Counted from the first letter of the whole stretch, positions 1 through 12,554 are shown. The stretch: 63,777 bases of DNA, filler included, from Octopus bimaculoides (GCF_001194135.2; 5 parts of 5 records of this genome joined end to end with filler, not necessarily neighbours in it); one strand, 5' to 3'. Numbers and translations: made by a program. The notes: generated from the sequence alone by a model not told the origin.

Positions 1-218
1 CAACAAAATCTTTGTTTGTTTGTTTGTTTTTTTGAGACCATTTTTAATTGATGACAACAACAACAACATTTCATTGTTGTACACACCCACACCCACATAC
101 ACACATACTCTCTCTCCCTCTCTCTCTCTCTCTCTCTTGTGTAATGTTTTTTTTTTAATGTGGACCAGGACTCAATCTTATCCTCTGAGCAGAATTAATG
201 CTTGCCATCTTCTCCAAA

Positions 219-269
<51 letters not shown>

Positions 270-1473
270 GATATATGCACACACATACAAACATGTATGT
301 ATTGACACACACAACATATATATATATAAGTACATACATGCAAATAGACAGACATATACTTGTTCATGTGAGATGTTGTGTGCACACACGTTTACAAATC
401 TGTCAGTTTCTGCATACATACATACATATATATATGTGTGTGTGTATGTATATATGTACATGTATGTCTGAGCATGTGTATGTGTCTGTGTGACCCTCCC
501 CTCTTCTCTCTCTTCCTCCCTATCTTCTTATAAACATTGATGTTTTTTGTTTTTTTTTGTGTTGCCAAAATGAAAAGACAAAAACAGATTGAAATGAAGA
601 AAAAGACGTAAGACAGGACAAGTAAATCACGTTAGAAATATTCATTTGGAGAGGTACCAGGTTCATTAAGAAAAGAAAACTGTATTCCTTGTCCTGTCAA
701 CATACACACCACAGCTGTATAAAAGTTTTATGAATGCAGCGGAGACTTGAAATCAAAATCTTGCATTCACTCACTCACTCACTCATCCACTCACGCCTAC
801 TTCAAAACACATGCATGCATAAATAAACACATACACCTCTTGTATTCAGACATACTCGTATACACATTCACATACACACGTGCACACACTGGTATATATA
901 NNNNNNNNNNNNNNNNNNNNNNNNNNNNNNNNNNNNNNNNNNNNNNNNNNNNNNNNNNNNNNNNNNNNNNNNNNNNNNNNNNNNNNNNNNNNNNNNNNNN
1001 NNNNNNNNNNNNNNNNNNNNNNNNNNNNNNNNNNNNNNNNNNNNNNNNNNNNNNNNNNNNNNNNNNNNNNNNNNNNNNNNNNNNNNNNNNNNNNNNNNNN
1101 NNNNNNNNNNNNNNNNNNNNNNNNNNNNNNNNNNNNNNNNNNNNNNNNNNNNNNNNNNNNNNNNNNNNNNNNNNNNNNNNNNNNNNNNNNNNNNNNNNNN
1201 NNNNNNNNNNNNNNNNNNNNNNNNNNNNNNNNNNNNNNNNNNNNNNNNNNNNNNNNNNNNNNNNNNNNNNNNNNNNNNNNNNNNNNNNNNNNNNNNNNNN
1301 NNNNNNNNNNNNNNNNNNNNNNNNNNNNNNNNNNNNNNNNNNNNNNNNNNNNNNNNNNNNNNNNNNNNNNNNNNNNNNNNNNNNNNNNNNNNNNNNNNNN
1401 NNNNNNNNNNNNNNNNNNNNNNNNNNNNNNNNNNNNNNNNNNNNNNNNNNNNNNNNNNNNNNNNNNTATATAT

Positions 1474-1519
<46 letters not shown>

Positions 1520-1773
1520 TTATATATGTATATATATATATGCATGTGTGTGTGTGTATATATATATATATATCCACCCATGTACACATGCAAATGCACA
1601 AATGCATCCACACACAAGTATATACATATATGTGCAAAAGCATTTATACATACATATATATATATTTAGACATGAACACACACATACATGTATGCAAATA
1701 CATGCACAAACCCATTGTTACACAAATATATATATATTTATAAACACACACGCACACATGTATATATACATAC

Positions 1774-1804
1774 CAAAGTTCTCTGAAAATCTGAAGAGGT
1801 GCTC
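1774..1804 (-). CDS. Candidate 31-nt micro-exon of an unidentified gene
   Basis: Minus strand gtgtttttag|GAGCACCTCTTCAGATTTTCAGAGAACTTTG|gtatgt; unique island inside microsatellite; all three frames open; no homology recognised. Confidence 0.3.
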
Positions 1805-1827
1805 CTAAAAACACAAACACACACACG

Positions 1828-1862
<35 letters not shown>

Positions 1863-2037
1863 GCATAAATGCACAAACACGCTCAACACATGTATGTTTA
1901 TGCATGTGTATGTGTGTGTGTTCATATATATATATATATATATACACACATGCACACACTCACATTGATGTTTATATACTAAGAATCTGTGGAAAAATGG
2001 ACAAGTGCTCATTGGAATACACATGCTAAACATACAC

Positions 2038-2069
<32 letters not shown>

Positions 2070-2272
2070 TACATGTTTGTTTGGAATTGATAAAGGTGTG
2101 TGTGTGTGTGTGTACTAACTTTAAAAAAAAGTATCCATGTTTCATGCAGTCTCATCATTGTGAGTGAGTTGAGTATTTTCATTGTGAGGGGGGAAGGGGG
2201 AGCTTACCCCACCCCCTGCATGCACCGTGTGGGTGGACGTGGATCGGTGGTTAAAAAAAAAAAGGTTAAGTG

Positions 2273-2290
2273 TGACCTGACATGAGGTCA
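2273..2290. promoter_or_regulatory. Possible nuclear-receptor response element (everted repeat, 6-bp spacer)
   Basis: TGACCT gacatg AGGTCA, two perfect half-sites; E-box GTCACGTGAG at 2327-2336. Confidence 0.2.
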
Positions 2291-2389
2291 GTCCAGTCAA
2301 GTGTCGTCAATACTGATCATAGTTATGTCACGTGAGTTTTTTTTTTAAAACACATACACATATATGCCACATATACATGTGTGTGCATA

Positions 2390-2430
<41 letters not shown>

Positions 2431-3608
2431 TTTATATATACGTTAATTTATGTATATACATATATTTATATACACATTAATATATGTATATACATACACA
2501 AGTATGTGTGTGAATATGTGTGCATATATATATATANNNNNNNNNNNNNNNNNNNNNNNNNNNNNNNNNNNNNNNNNNNNNNNNNNNNNNNNNNNNNNNN
2601 NNNNNNNNNNNNNNNNNNNNNNNNNNNNNNNNNNNNNNNNNNNNNNNNNNNNNNNNNNNNNNNNNNNNNNNNNNNNNNNNNNNNNNNNNNNNNNNNNNNN
2701 NNNNNNNNNNNNNNNNNNNNNNNNNNNNNNNNNNNNNNNNNNNNNNNNNNNNNNNNNNNNNNNNNNNNNNNNNNNNNNNNNNNNNNNNNNNNNNNNNNNN
2801 NNNNNNNNNNNNNNNNNNNNNNNNNNNNNNNNNNNNNNNNNNNNNNNNNNNNNNNNNNNNNNNNNNNNNNNNNNNNNNNNNNNNNNNNNNNNNNNNNNNN
2901 NNNNNNNNNNNNNNNNNNNNNNNNNNNNNNNNNNNNNNNNNNNNNNNNNNNNNNNNNNNNNNNNNNNNNNNNNNNNNNNNNNNNNNNNNNNNNNNNNNNN
3001 NNNNNNNNNNNNNNNNNNNNNNNNNNNNNNNNNNNNNNNNNNNNNNNNNNNNNNNNNNNNNNNNNNNNNNNNNNNNNNNNNNNNNNNNNNNNNNNNNNNN
3101 NNNNNNNNNNNNNNNNNNNNNNNNNNNNNNNNNNNNNNNNNNNNNNNNNNNNNNNNNNNNNNNNNNNNNNNNNNNNNNNNNNNNNNNNNNNNNNNNNNNN
3201 NNNNNNNNNNNNNNNNNNNNNNNNNNNNNNNNNNNATGTACACATGTGCATATACACACACATAAATATTTATTTTATAAAATCAAATGTAAATGGATCC
3301 CCATCAGTTTTACTGATGTATATTTGACTTGTTCAATCAACTGCATTTCCAACTCATTGAATTCAAAAAAAAAAAAACATGTAAGTGGTTGAGTATTCCA
3401 TAGACAGGTGTACCATTCATGTAATACTCAGGTAGAGCCACTGTTGAATTACAGGTACATCCTTTCTCAATGTCATGGTTAAAAAAAAAAAAAAAAAGAG
3501 CAATTGCTGAAGCTGCCATGCACTGGGATCAAACCAGGGACCTTGTGATTGGACAAGAGACTTCTTAATCACTTGGCCATCCCTACATACATATTTTATA
3601 TATATATG

Positions 3609-3642
<34 letters not shown>

Positions 3643-4145
3643 TACACACACATTCTTTTGCAGATACTATTGTCTGGTTAGCCAACTCCCACTTCCCTTC
3701 TAATCTTGATTAAAACACACACATACACACTCACACACACACACACACACAGAGTCGCTGTAATTGACACAATTCCCCAACCACCATGCCCACCACACAG
3801 CAACGTATAAACACTGCCTACATTTTTATCTATTCATGAATATTATCAAAGCAAATCATTTCTAAACTGTTCCATTTTTTGGTCCAGTTGGGCTCCGTAA
3901 TTAATCACCAGCTCCCAAACTCTCAGCATTTTCTCTGGATCTCCAGGTAAGTCACAAGCCCTAGACTTTCAGCCATATTCTTCAGCCCTTTAATAAGGCA
4001 CCAACCAGCCCTAGATTTTCTAGGTCTCCCAAATATGTGACAAGCCCTACCTTTTTTGGCCATATTCTGCTGTGCAGCATTGAATCAAAAAGCAACAACA
4101 AGAGATGATGTTTACATTAAGAACTAATTAGTGAGGAATCCTTTA

Positions 4146-4192
<47 letters not shown>

Positions 4193-4403
4193 GGTGTAGG
4201 GGAGTTGAGTAACAGATCTGGCAGAGTGACAGTCAGAACAGCCTGTCACTTATAGATTTTTTTTGTCTTTAAGGCTCTGAGTTCAAACTTCACCAAGATC
4301 AACTTTGCCTCTTGTCTCTCCATGGTTGATAAAAAATGTACCAAATACAGAAGTCAATTCATTATCATCATTTTATTATTATTATCATTATTATTATTAT
4401 TAA

Positions 4404-4614
4404 GGTGGCGAGCTGGCAGAATCGTTAGCACGCCGAGCAAATGTTTAGTGGTATTTCGTCTGTCGCTACGTTCTGAGTTCAAATCCCACCGAGGTCGACT
4501 TTGCCTTTCATTCTTTCAGGGTCAATAAATTAAGTACCAGTGAAAGACTGGGGCCGATGTAATCAACTAGTCCCCTCCCCACAAATTTGAGGTCTTGTGC
4601 CTCCAGTAGAAAGG

Positions 4615-4616
<2 letters not shown>
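4404..4616 (+). mobile_element. tRNA-derived SINE, family A (Deu/Nin-like central domain), near full length
   Basis: A-box-like tggcagaatcg, B-box-like gagttcaaatccc, central gcctttcattctttcagggtcaataaattaagtaccag, (TTA)n tail; many copies in the window. The domain name comes from my recollection of the Deu/Nin consensus. Confidence 0.85.
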
Positions 4617-4670
<54 letters not shown>

Positions 4671-4671
<1 letters not shown>

Positions 4672-5315
4672 GAGCTGGCAGAATTGTTAGCACTCTGCAG
4701 CATTTCATCCATCTTTATGTTTCGAGTTCAAATTCTGCTGAGGTCGACTTGGCCTTTCATCCTATAGGGGTCGGTGAAATAAGTACCAGTTAAACACTGG
4801 AGTCAATGTAATCGACTAGTCCCCTCCCTCAAAATTTCAGGTCTCGTACCTGTAGTAGAAAGGATTATTATTATCATTCTTATGGCAGTGAGTTGGTAGA
4901 ATCATTAACACAAACGACTAATTGCTTAGTGGTATTTCTTCTGACTTTGTATTCTGAGTTCAGATTCTGCCACGGTCGACTTTGCTTTTCATCCTTTCGG
5001 GGTCGGTAAAATAACTACAAGTCAAGCACTGGGGTCAATATGATCAGCTTCCCCCTTCCCCCTCCCCTCAAAATTACTGGCCCTGTGCTAAAGCTAGAAA
5101 GAATTATTAGCTGGCAGAATCGTTAGCATGCCGGGCGAAATGCTTAGCATATTTCACCCGTCACCATGTTCTGAGTTTCAATTCCACCAAGGTCGACTTT
5201 GCCTTTCACTCTTTTGGGGGTCGATAAATTAAGTACCAGTTACGCACTGGGGTCGACGTCATCAACTCATCCCCTCCCCCAAAATTGCTGTTCTTGTGGC
5301 AAAATTTGAAACCAT
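4671..5315 (+). mobile_element. Three further head-to-tail family A SINE copies
   Basis: gagctggcagaa-type heads near 4672, 4890 and 5110, each followed by the same body and a tta tail. Confidence 0.85.
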
Positions 5316-6211
5316 TATTATTATTATTATTATTATTATTGAAGATTGAAATTTTTCTTGTAGAACTGAAAACTATGGTTTTAAGTCACCAGTGAGTGTG
5401 TCCCCTTCTCCCTCGCAGCCATTGCTGAGGATCTTGGGAAGGGCGTGAACAATTCAGTGTCTACATCTGGTGGTATATATATATCTAAATCCAAGATTTT
5501 TATCCTACCTGTCTGTTGTACGCAGAGATCATCATCAGCATCATAACTACCACAACTAATCATCATCATCATCATCATCATCATCACTACCATTGTCATC
5601 ATTGTTATCATCATCATCATCATCGTCATCATCAATATTTTCTATTACTGATGTTGCTAATGCCCCCAAAAATAGGCATGAAAGTCTTCGTCAGCCTTCT
5701 GCGTATTCTCTTTATTAATTCTGCGTATTCTCTTTATTAATTCTTAATTAACAAACTAATTATTATTAATATTAATAATAATAATAATAATAATGATAAA
5801 AGAAAATGGAGCAGTGTCTTAAATATCTTAATTTCTGCTCATCTAACCCTCCAACATACACAGTTCAAACAGTTCAGATCAATCCTAAGATTCGTATACA
5901 TACACACACTGCCTTTCATCTCATCCGAAAATGGGTACCAGAGCAGTCAAGTGAATCAACTGTTCCTTCTCCTCTCCCTGTCCCTCTCCCCTCCCCCGCT
6001 ACCGTCACATCTCATTCATGGTTGGTTGCTCGACATTCTGGTAAAAAAAAAAAAAAAGTAGATTTAACAAAGATCTCTTTTTTTTTAATCACACTGTATG
6101 AAAAACTCAAAAAAGGAAAAAAGACAAGGTGGTCATGACTTGAATGGCGGTAAGAGCTGACCCAGGTTAAATAACCTAGTACTGTGTAAAAAAAAACAAC
6201 AAATTACTGTT

Positions 6212-6252
<41 letters not shown>

Positions 6253-6694
6253 GGGCAAGAAAAAGGATATTGTTGTGGTGCAAGAAGGGAGAGAAGACAA
6301 GACAAATAAGGGGTTAAAGGAACTTTGGTTTTAGGGTTAGTTGAGGGCAGAACTGGTGGTTTGTGAGTGTTAAGGTGAGTTTGGCAGATGTGCAACGTTT
6401 ACTGATAATCTACAGAGGGACACTGGCTTCTTGTAGCCCTTTGCTTCAGAGTACAGTGGTAGTGTGCCTGTAGATCAGGGGTCAGGTGGAGGAAAACAAT
6501 GTCTAATATATTCTTGAGTTAAGGTTCCCTTAAAGTCCCTCTTTTCTACATGCCTGCACCAGACATCTACAATTCACACTTAGAAAACTCCTCAATAGCA
6601 AACATTAATTTCTTTATGATATCCCAGTAAAAGATAAATGGGTTTTATTCAAATGAATCCACTCCAGTACTTATTCTATTGGCCTTTTATGCTA

Positions 6695-6880
6695 CACCAC
6701 TAAACTACAGGGACATTAACAAACCAACACTGGTGGGGACAAACACACAATATATATATATATTAACAGGCTTCATTCAGGCCTGGGCTATAGTAGAAGA
6801 CACTTGCCCAAGGTGCCACACAGTGGGACTGAACCCAGAACCATCTGGTTGGAAAACTAACTTTTAACTATACAGCCATA
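6695..6880 (-). mobile_element. Family B (CORE-like) SINE, internally deleted
   Basis: gctatagtagaagacacttgcccaaggtgccacacagtgggactgaacc matches the reverse complement of the copy at 26470. Confidence 0.75.
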
Positions 6881-7060
6881 CTTGAGCCCACACAGTCATT
6901 GCTAACAGCAATAATAATAATAATGTTTTATTTGTTAATAACTAGAATTGATCAAAGCGGACTAATTCAGGTCATAGAGTGTATCATTGATTAATATCAT
7001 GTAAACTGAGATTTGTGGTTCAAGGATAGGAAACAGCACCTCTAGGAAGATTTCTCTCAC

Positions 7061-7107
7061 CTCTCCACAAGAAACACATTGATGTGATTTCACTACCACA
7101 CTGCTGT
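7061..7107 (-). CDS. Candidate 47-nt exon of an unidentified gene
   Basis: Minus strand gtgtttcactag|ACAGCAGTG...TGTGGAGAG|gtgaga; two frames open (DSSVVVKSHQCVSCGE or QQCGSEITSMCFLWR); no homology recognised. Confidence 0.22.
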
Positions 7108-7920
7108 CTAGTGAAACACTCAACAATAAACAGTGCTCCTGCTTATTGTTTCCCCAACTGTCTCCTCCTGGCACATTCTGATTCCAGTTCCTATTGTAGT
7201 ACCAGTGAGTGTATATATATTTTATGGGCCTCCTTCTTTAAAGTGACTCTGTGTTTGAGTGTTGGTGGAAATGAAGATAATCGTCTAAGGAGGACGGGTG
7301 AGATATAGTTTTAAATGTTAAATCAAAACACAGAAGTAAGGGAGAGGTGGAATGAGCGGTGCTAAGAGATCTGGATTAATGAATCGGTTAAATTTAACTA
7401 ATCAACTTAATTTAAATTAATATATGAACAAAAACCATCATCCACATTCATCTCTGTATTTCCAAAAATTAATGGAAGCTGCAGGTGTCTGGGTGGAAGA
7501 ATCAAATTTCAATTTGAAGAATACAAGACCAAAATTGTGAAGAGCCTCTCTCAAACACCCCACCTGCTCCCTACAATCCCACATCTTGATTAGGAGACAG
7601 ATGCAAGGAGGAATCCAGATTTGCCCACCACTCACAAATTTTTTTTTTTTTTTTTTAATTATGGCTTTGTTTGCGAAGAACTGTTTCTACACAAGGAGGG
7701 CAGTGCATGTATGTGTATGTGTGAGGCAGGAGGGGGTGGGCATGGGTAGGTTGTAGTGACCATTTATGGACAAAAGAGATGTTGGGGAGAGGGGCTAAGT
7801 CAGTTGTGAGTTTTTCTCCCCACCCCATCACACCCAATCACTATCCACCCCTTCTCTCTACACACGCAGACACATGTACACACGTGTATGTATATATATA
7901 TATACATATATATATATATG

Positions 7921-7954
<34 letters not shown>

Positions 7955-8411
7955 CGCATATGTGTGTGTGTATATATATGTATATACGTATGCACACATA
8001 CCCAAGTGTACATCCCTACATATATACCCACTTCCTAGGATCAATAAGTGGACAGTTAATGCCACCTCAGTGACCACTACCACCACTACTACTATTATTA
8101 TTATTACTACTACTACATACCCCCCCCCCCNNNNNNNNNNCACTGCGACTCTACAACAAAGACAAAAAAAAAGTAAAAAGAAAAAGAGAAACAAAAGGAC
8201 TTTAAATGTTGACTGTCTCTGACACTGTCAAAAGGTTTCAAACTTAAAAACAAAAAACTTTTAAGCCTAACAAATGAAAATCAATAATAATAATAATGAT
8301 AATAATAATAATAATATTAAATACAAGAAAATAACTGTCTGTCTTTTTTTTAATTTTGTTTGTTTTTTTTGTGTAAAAGAACTTTGTCTATAAAACAAAT
8401 GAGCTACCAAA

Positions 8412-8562
8412 ATTGTTGTCTGTTGTTAATTAACCAAGCTATTAATATTGTTGTTTATGATTAATTAACTGAGCTGTTGATATTGTCTGTTATTAATTAA
8501 CTGAACTGTTAATATTGTTGTTTGTTATTAATTAACAAAGCTGTTGATATTGTTGTTTGTTG
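8412..8562. repeat. ~35-bp minisatellite, ~4.4 copies
   Basis: attgttgtttgttattaattaac(t/c)(g/a)agctgtt(a/g)at repeated at 8412, 8447, 8482, 8514 and 8549. Confidence 0.85.
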
Positions 8563-8566
8563 TGTC

Positions 8567-8886
8567 AAGGAGTGTGGCTTAGCAGTTTAAGTATTCGGCT
8601 CACAATCATATTGCCGCGAGTTCAATTCCCAGCAGCGCATAGAGTCCTTGAGCAAGACACTTTATTTCATGTTGCTCCAATACACCCAGCTGGCAAAAAT
8701 GAGATGTACCTGTAATTCAAAGGGCCAGCCTTTTCACACTCTGTGCCATGCTGAATCTCCCTGAGAACTACATATAGGGTACATGTGTCTGTGGAGTGCT
8801 CAGCCACTTACACATTAATTTCACAAGCAGGTTGTTCCATTGATCAGATCAACTGGAACACCCATCATCATAATCGACGGAGCACC
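8567..8886 (+). mobile_element. tRNA-derived SINE with Meta-like central domain
   Basis: Head gtggcttagcagtttaag...gagttcaattcc, then gtccttgagcaagacacttt...cccagctggcaaaaatgag. Confidence 0.75.
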
Positions 8887-9500
8887 CCGTAACTTTGCTG
8901 TTGACTCGACTCACACACTGCCCCATCTCTGTCCATGGTGGTTGGGTTATAGTGTGATGGTCCGGATATATTGTATTGGGGTGTGTGTAGTGTTAATATG
9001 TTCCTTGTAGGTTCTGCTGTATTTAGTCAGGCCATGACAGCTGCTGTCTAGCCTCAAGTCGCTCCCGATCCAGTAGAACTATGATCAGAAACATTCCAAT
9101 CATGACCACCCTGCTTTTTACTCAGGTATAGTATATCTTTAACTACATTATCTATTGCATCTGATATATCCTTCCTTCCTTGTTGTTGTTTAGACCCAAG
9201 TCAACACTGATCTCAAGAAATCTATGAGAAGTGAGGTAAACAGGTGAACGGAGAGGTGGGGTTGATATTTTAAAAAATCATGTAGACAGATGAACAGGGC
9301 GTGTATAAAAGGCATCGATCACAGTATACAAGGGAGACAACTGTGTTACATCAATGCATGCAGTATAACAAAGGAGTGTACGTTGGGCTGTTGGTGTTTA
9401 GCCCTAGGTTTGTGTTCTGATTAAGCAACCCTATAATCAAATGTCTTTGCACCCATAACCAACTTTTTGTATATTTAGGGCTGCTTTTATATATATATAT

Positions 9501-9770
9501 CATCATCATCATCATCATCGTTTAACGTCCGCTTTCCATGCTAGCATGCGTTGGACGATTTGACTGAGGACTGGTGAAACCAGATGGCTACACCAGTCTC
9601 CAATCTGATTTGGCAGAGTTTCTACAGCTGGATGCCCTTCCTAACGCAACCACTCCGAGAGTATAGTGGGTGCTTTTACGTGCCACCAGCACGAGGGCCA
9701 GTCAGGCGGTACTGGAAACGGCCACGCTCAAAATGGTGTTTTTTATGTGCCACCCGCACAGGAGCCAGTC
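9501..9770 (-). mobile_element. 5'-truncated RTE-clade LINE 3' UTR with (GAT)n tail
   Basis: Reverse complement of the 3' end of the RTE at 11554-12298 (ttaggaagggcatccagctgtagaaa...ccatgctagcatggaaagcggacgttaaacgatgatg). Confidence 0.85.
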
Positions 9771-9852
9771 ATATATATATGCAATCAGATATTACAATAG
9801 TAAATTAAGGTATTATGATATATTAAATACATATATATATATATATATATGA

Positions 9853-9992
9853 TAGGCTTCTTTCAGTTTCCATCAACCAAATCCACTCACTTTGGTCAGC
9901 TATAGTAGAAGACACTTGCCCAAGGTGCCATGCAGTGGGACTGAACTTTGAACCATATGCTTAGCAAGCAAGCTTCTTACCACACAATCATA
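9853..9992 (-). mobile_element. Family B SINE, 5' half
   Basis: ggcttctttcagtttcc...ctatagtagaagacacttgcccaagg...cttaccacac. Confidence 0.75.
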
Positions 9993-10029
9993 CCTTCACT
10001 TATTACATATGTTTATTCGGTCATTGAGT

Positions 10030-10300
10030 ATGACGTTGGTTGTATTTGATGTTCTCTGGGGTTGCTGACAAGAAGGGAGACAGGGGTGGGGGTCAGTAGG
10101 GGCTAGTTTATGAGCTGTTGTTTTGAATCCAGGTTTCCAAGGAGTTCATATATGGTTGAAGAATAGAGATATAGTGTGAATGTGACGTCATGTGATCTGC
10201 ATATTCGTTTGAGTGTGTGATTTGGGGGAGGCATAGCAAAGCTGTTTTCCTGTATTGTTGCTAATTCTATATAGTATGGAGGTGTTGTTCACTAATGTTT
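10030..10300 (-). mobile_element. Degenerate non-LTR reverse transcriptase fragment
   Basis: Minus-strand translation NEYADHMTSHSHYISILQPYMNSLETWIQNN resembles the YADD region and downstream helix of I/Jockey-group RTs. Confidence 0.45.
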
Positions 10301-10500
10301 TCCTACGTAGTTTTGTTTTGTGTTGTGTTGTGTTGCATGGTGTTTAGCAATTGCACCATTTTTAAAGTGCATGGTGAGCCAGTGAGAGAGTACTGTACAT
10401 GTCACATAAAAACAATATGTACATAATTCATGGTGTATAAATCTAACAGTCACTTTTACCGATTATAAAAGAGGCAGTTACATATGCCTAAAATATTTCA

Positions 10501-10541
10501 CATCCTGAAGATGAGGTTGTGAAAGTCTAGAAATGTTGATG
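10501..10541 (+). ncRNA. Decayed minimal hammerhead-ribozyme motif (Penelope type)
   Basis: catc CTGAAGA tgaggttgtgaaagtcta GAAAT GTT gatg; stem I catc/gatg; GAAACGTT has decayed to GAAATGTT; stem II weak. Confidence 0.4.
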
Positions 10542-11160
10542 ATGGATTTAGGAATTTTTATTATTCCAAACAAATTGTATGGAACTCATAAAAATGCAAA
10601 AACAAAGCAATAAAAAAAGACTACAATATAACAATGTTTTTCAATACACCGCTAAGAAAAAACAGTTTTCTCTCTCTCTCTGAATATGTGTGTGTATCAT
10701 TGTTCAACATCCATGTTCCATGCTGGCATGGGTTGGATGGTTCGAAAGGGTCCAGTGGGTTGCAAGGCCACATCAAGCTCCAGTATCAGCTTTGGCATGG
10801 TCTCTGTGGCTGAATGCCTTTCTTAATGGCAACCACTTAAGAATGGACTGGATACTTTTTTCATGTCCCCAGCATTAGTGAGGTTCCTGTGTAAACTTGT
10901 AAGACTGAAAAAGAATAGGGAAACGAAAAAAGCTTCCACAACTAAAAGGGGTGTATTTGAGAGAGGGAGGTGGAGGTAGAGGTGAAGGTCTGTATGCCAG
11001 GTGTTGAAAGGATAAAGTGTGATTGAAAGACAAGTACAGGTGTCTTGTAGGGGAGATAAAAGGAAAGCAGTGGTAGGATGCTGATGCAAACTCTGGAGAT
11101 GACAAGAGGATGAGCGTTAGAATTCTGACAGTAGGCCATGAGAGGGGACATATATATATA

Positions 11161-11361
11161 TCATCATCATCATCGTTTAACGTCCGCTTTCCATGCTAGT
11201 ATGGGTCGGACGATTTGACTGAGGACTGGTGAACCGGATGGCTGCACCAGTCTCCAATCTGATTTGGCAGAGTTTCTACAGCTGGATGCCCTTCCTAACG
11301 CCAACCACTCCGAGAGTGTAGTGGGTGCTTTTACGTGCCACCAGCACGAAGGCCAGTCAGG
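11161..11361 (-). mobile_element. 5'-truncated RTE 3' UTR
   Basis: Nearly identical to 9501-9710. Confidence 0.85.
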
Positions 11362-11553
11362 TGAGGCACAGGAGTGGCTGTATGGTAAGTAGCTTGCTTA
11401 CCAACCACATCTTTTTGCTGAACTGCTAAGTTACAGGTGATGTAAACAAAGCAACACCAGTTGTCAAGTAGTGCTGCAAGATAAAAACAACGGCACACAC
11501 ACGCACATAGATATATATATACATATACATACATACATGCATACATACATACA

Positions 11554-12298
11554 CAGAGTGAAAGGCAGATTGTTTGATGCCTTTGTGCAAACAGCTGTGC
11601 TGCACGGCAGTAAAACATGGGCTGTGACAGCCGAGGACATGCGTAGGCTTGAAAGAAATGAAGCCAGCATGCTTTGCTGGATGTGCAATGTCAGTGTGCA
11701 TGTTCAACAGAGTGTAAGCATCTTGAGAGAAAAACTGGACATAAGAGGCATCAGATGTGATGTGCAAGAGAGACGACTGCACTGGTATGGTCATGTGATA
11801 TGTATGGACGAGGACAGCTGTATAAAGAAGTGCTGATCTGAACCTGTGGTAGAGAGGTAGACCCAGGAAGACATGGGACAAGGTGGTGAAGCATGAGCTT
11901 CACAGAGGCAATGACTAATGATTGAGACCTTTGGTGATGTACTGTGCTTGAGAGGACCCATCAAACCAAGTGCACCTGTGCTGGTAGCAGGTAAAGAACA
12001 ACTTTCAGGTGTTGGGCCTCATGAAAGCAATGACAAAGACCTTTGGCATTATGTCACGCTTGAGAAGATGACCCATCAAGATGAGCAAAATTGCAGTTGT
12101 GGCAGATACCCATGCCAGTGGCATGTAAAAGCACCTATTACACTCTCAGAGTGGTTGGCATTAGGAAGGGCATCCAACCATAGAAAACCATACCAAATCA
12201 GACTGGAGCCTGGTGCAGCCTTCCAGCATGCCAGCCCAGTCAGACTGTCCAACCCATGCCAGCATGGACAATGGATGTTAAATGATGATGATGATGAT
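11554..12298 (+). mobile_element. RTE-clade LINE relic: ORF2 C-terminus plus 3' UTR
   Basis: KGRLFDAFVQTAVLHGSKTWAVTAEDMRRLERNEASMLCWMCNV...QERRLHWYGHV is the RTE post-RT domain (YGSETW...RWFGHV); (GAT)n tail. Confidence 0.9.
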
Positions 12299-12300
12299 AT

Positions 12301-12508
12301 CTCTTTACTCTTTTATTTGTTTCAGTCATTTGACTGTGGCCATGCTGGAGCACCGCCTTTAGTCGAGCAAATCGACCCTGGGACTTATTCGTTGTAAGCC
12401 TAGTACTTATTCTATCAGTCTCTTTTGCCGAAGCACTAAGTGACGAGGACATAAACACACCAGCATCGGCTGTCAAGCAATGCTGGGGGGACAAACACAG
12501 ACACACAA

Positions 12509-12554
<46 letters not shown>

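Larger units (their letters stand above)
100..2536. repeat. Compound (CT)/(CA)/(TA)/(TACA) microsatellite field with assembly gaps
   Basis: Directly visible dinucleotide and tetranucleotide runs; the gaps at 901-1466 and from 2537 start inside (TA)n. Confidence 0.95.

Noticed and set aside
20-3392. Long ORFs in the ORF track (YI/HT/CV repeats, runs of X); the same applies to those at 24-33 kb, 38-40 kb, 53 kb, 58 kb and 61 kb
   Set aside because: Translations of dinucleotide repeats and N gaps.
3888-3946. Plus-strand exon with a perfect CAG|gtaagt donor
   Set aside because: The donor lies within a locally duplicated degenerate repeat (3930-4070), the peptide is unrecognised, and the strand conflicts with the other candidates.
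5364-5472. Two adjacent plus-strand exon-like units (5364-5391 and 5419-5472)
   Set aside because: The intervening intron would be only 27 nt; there is no homology or supporting neighbours.
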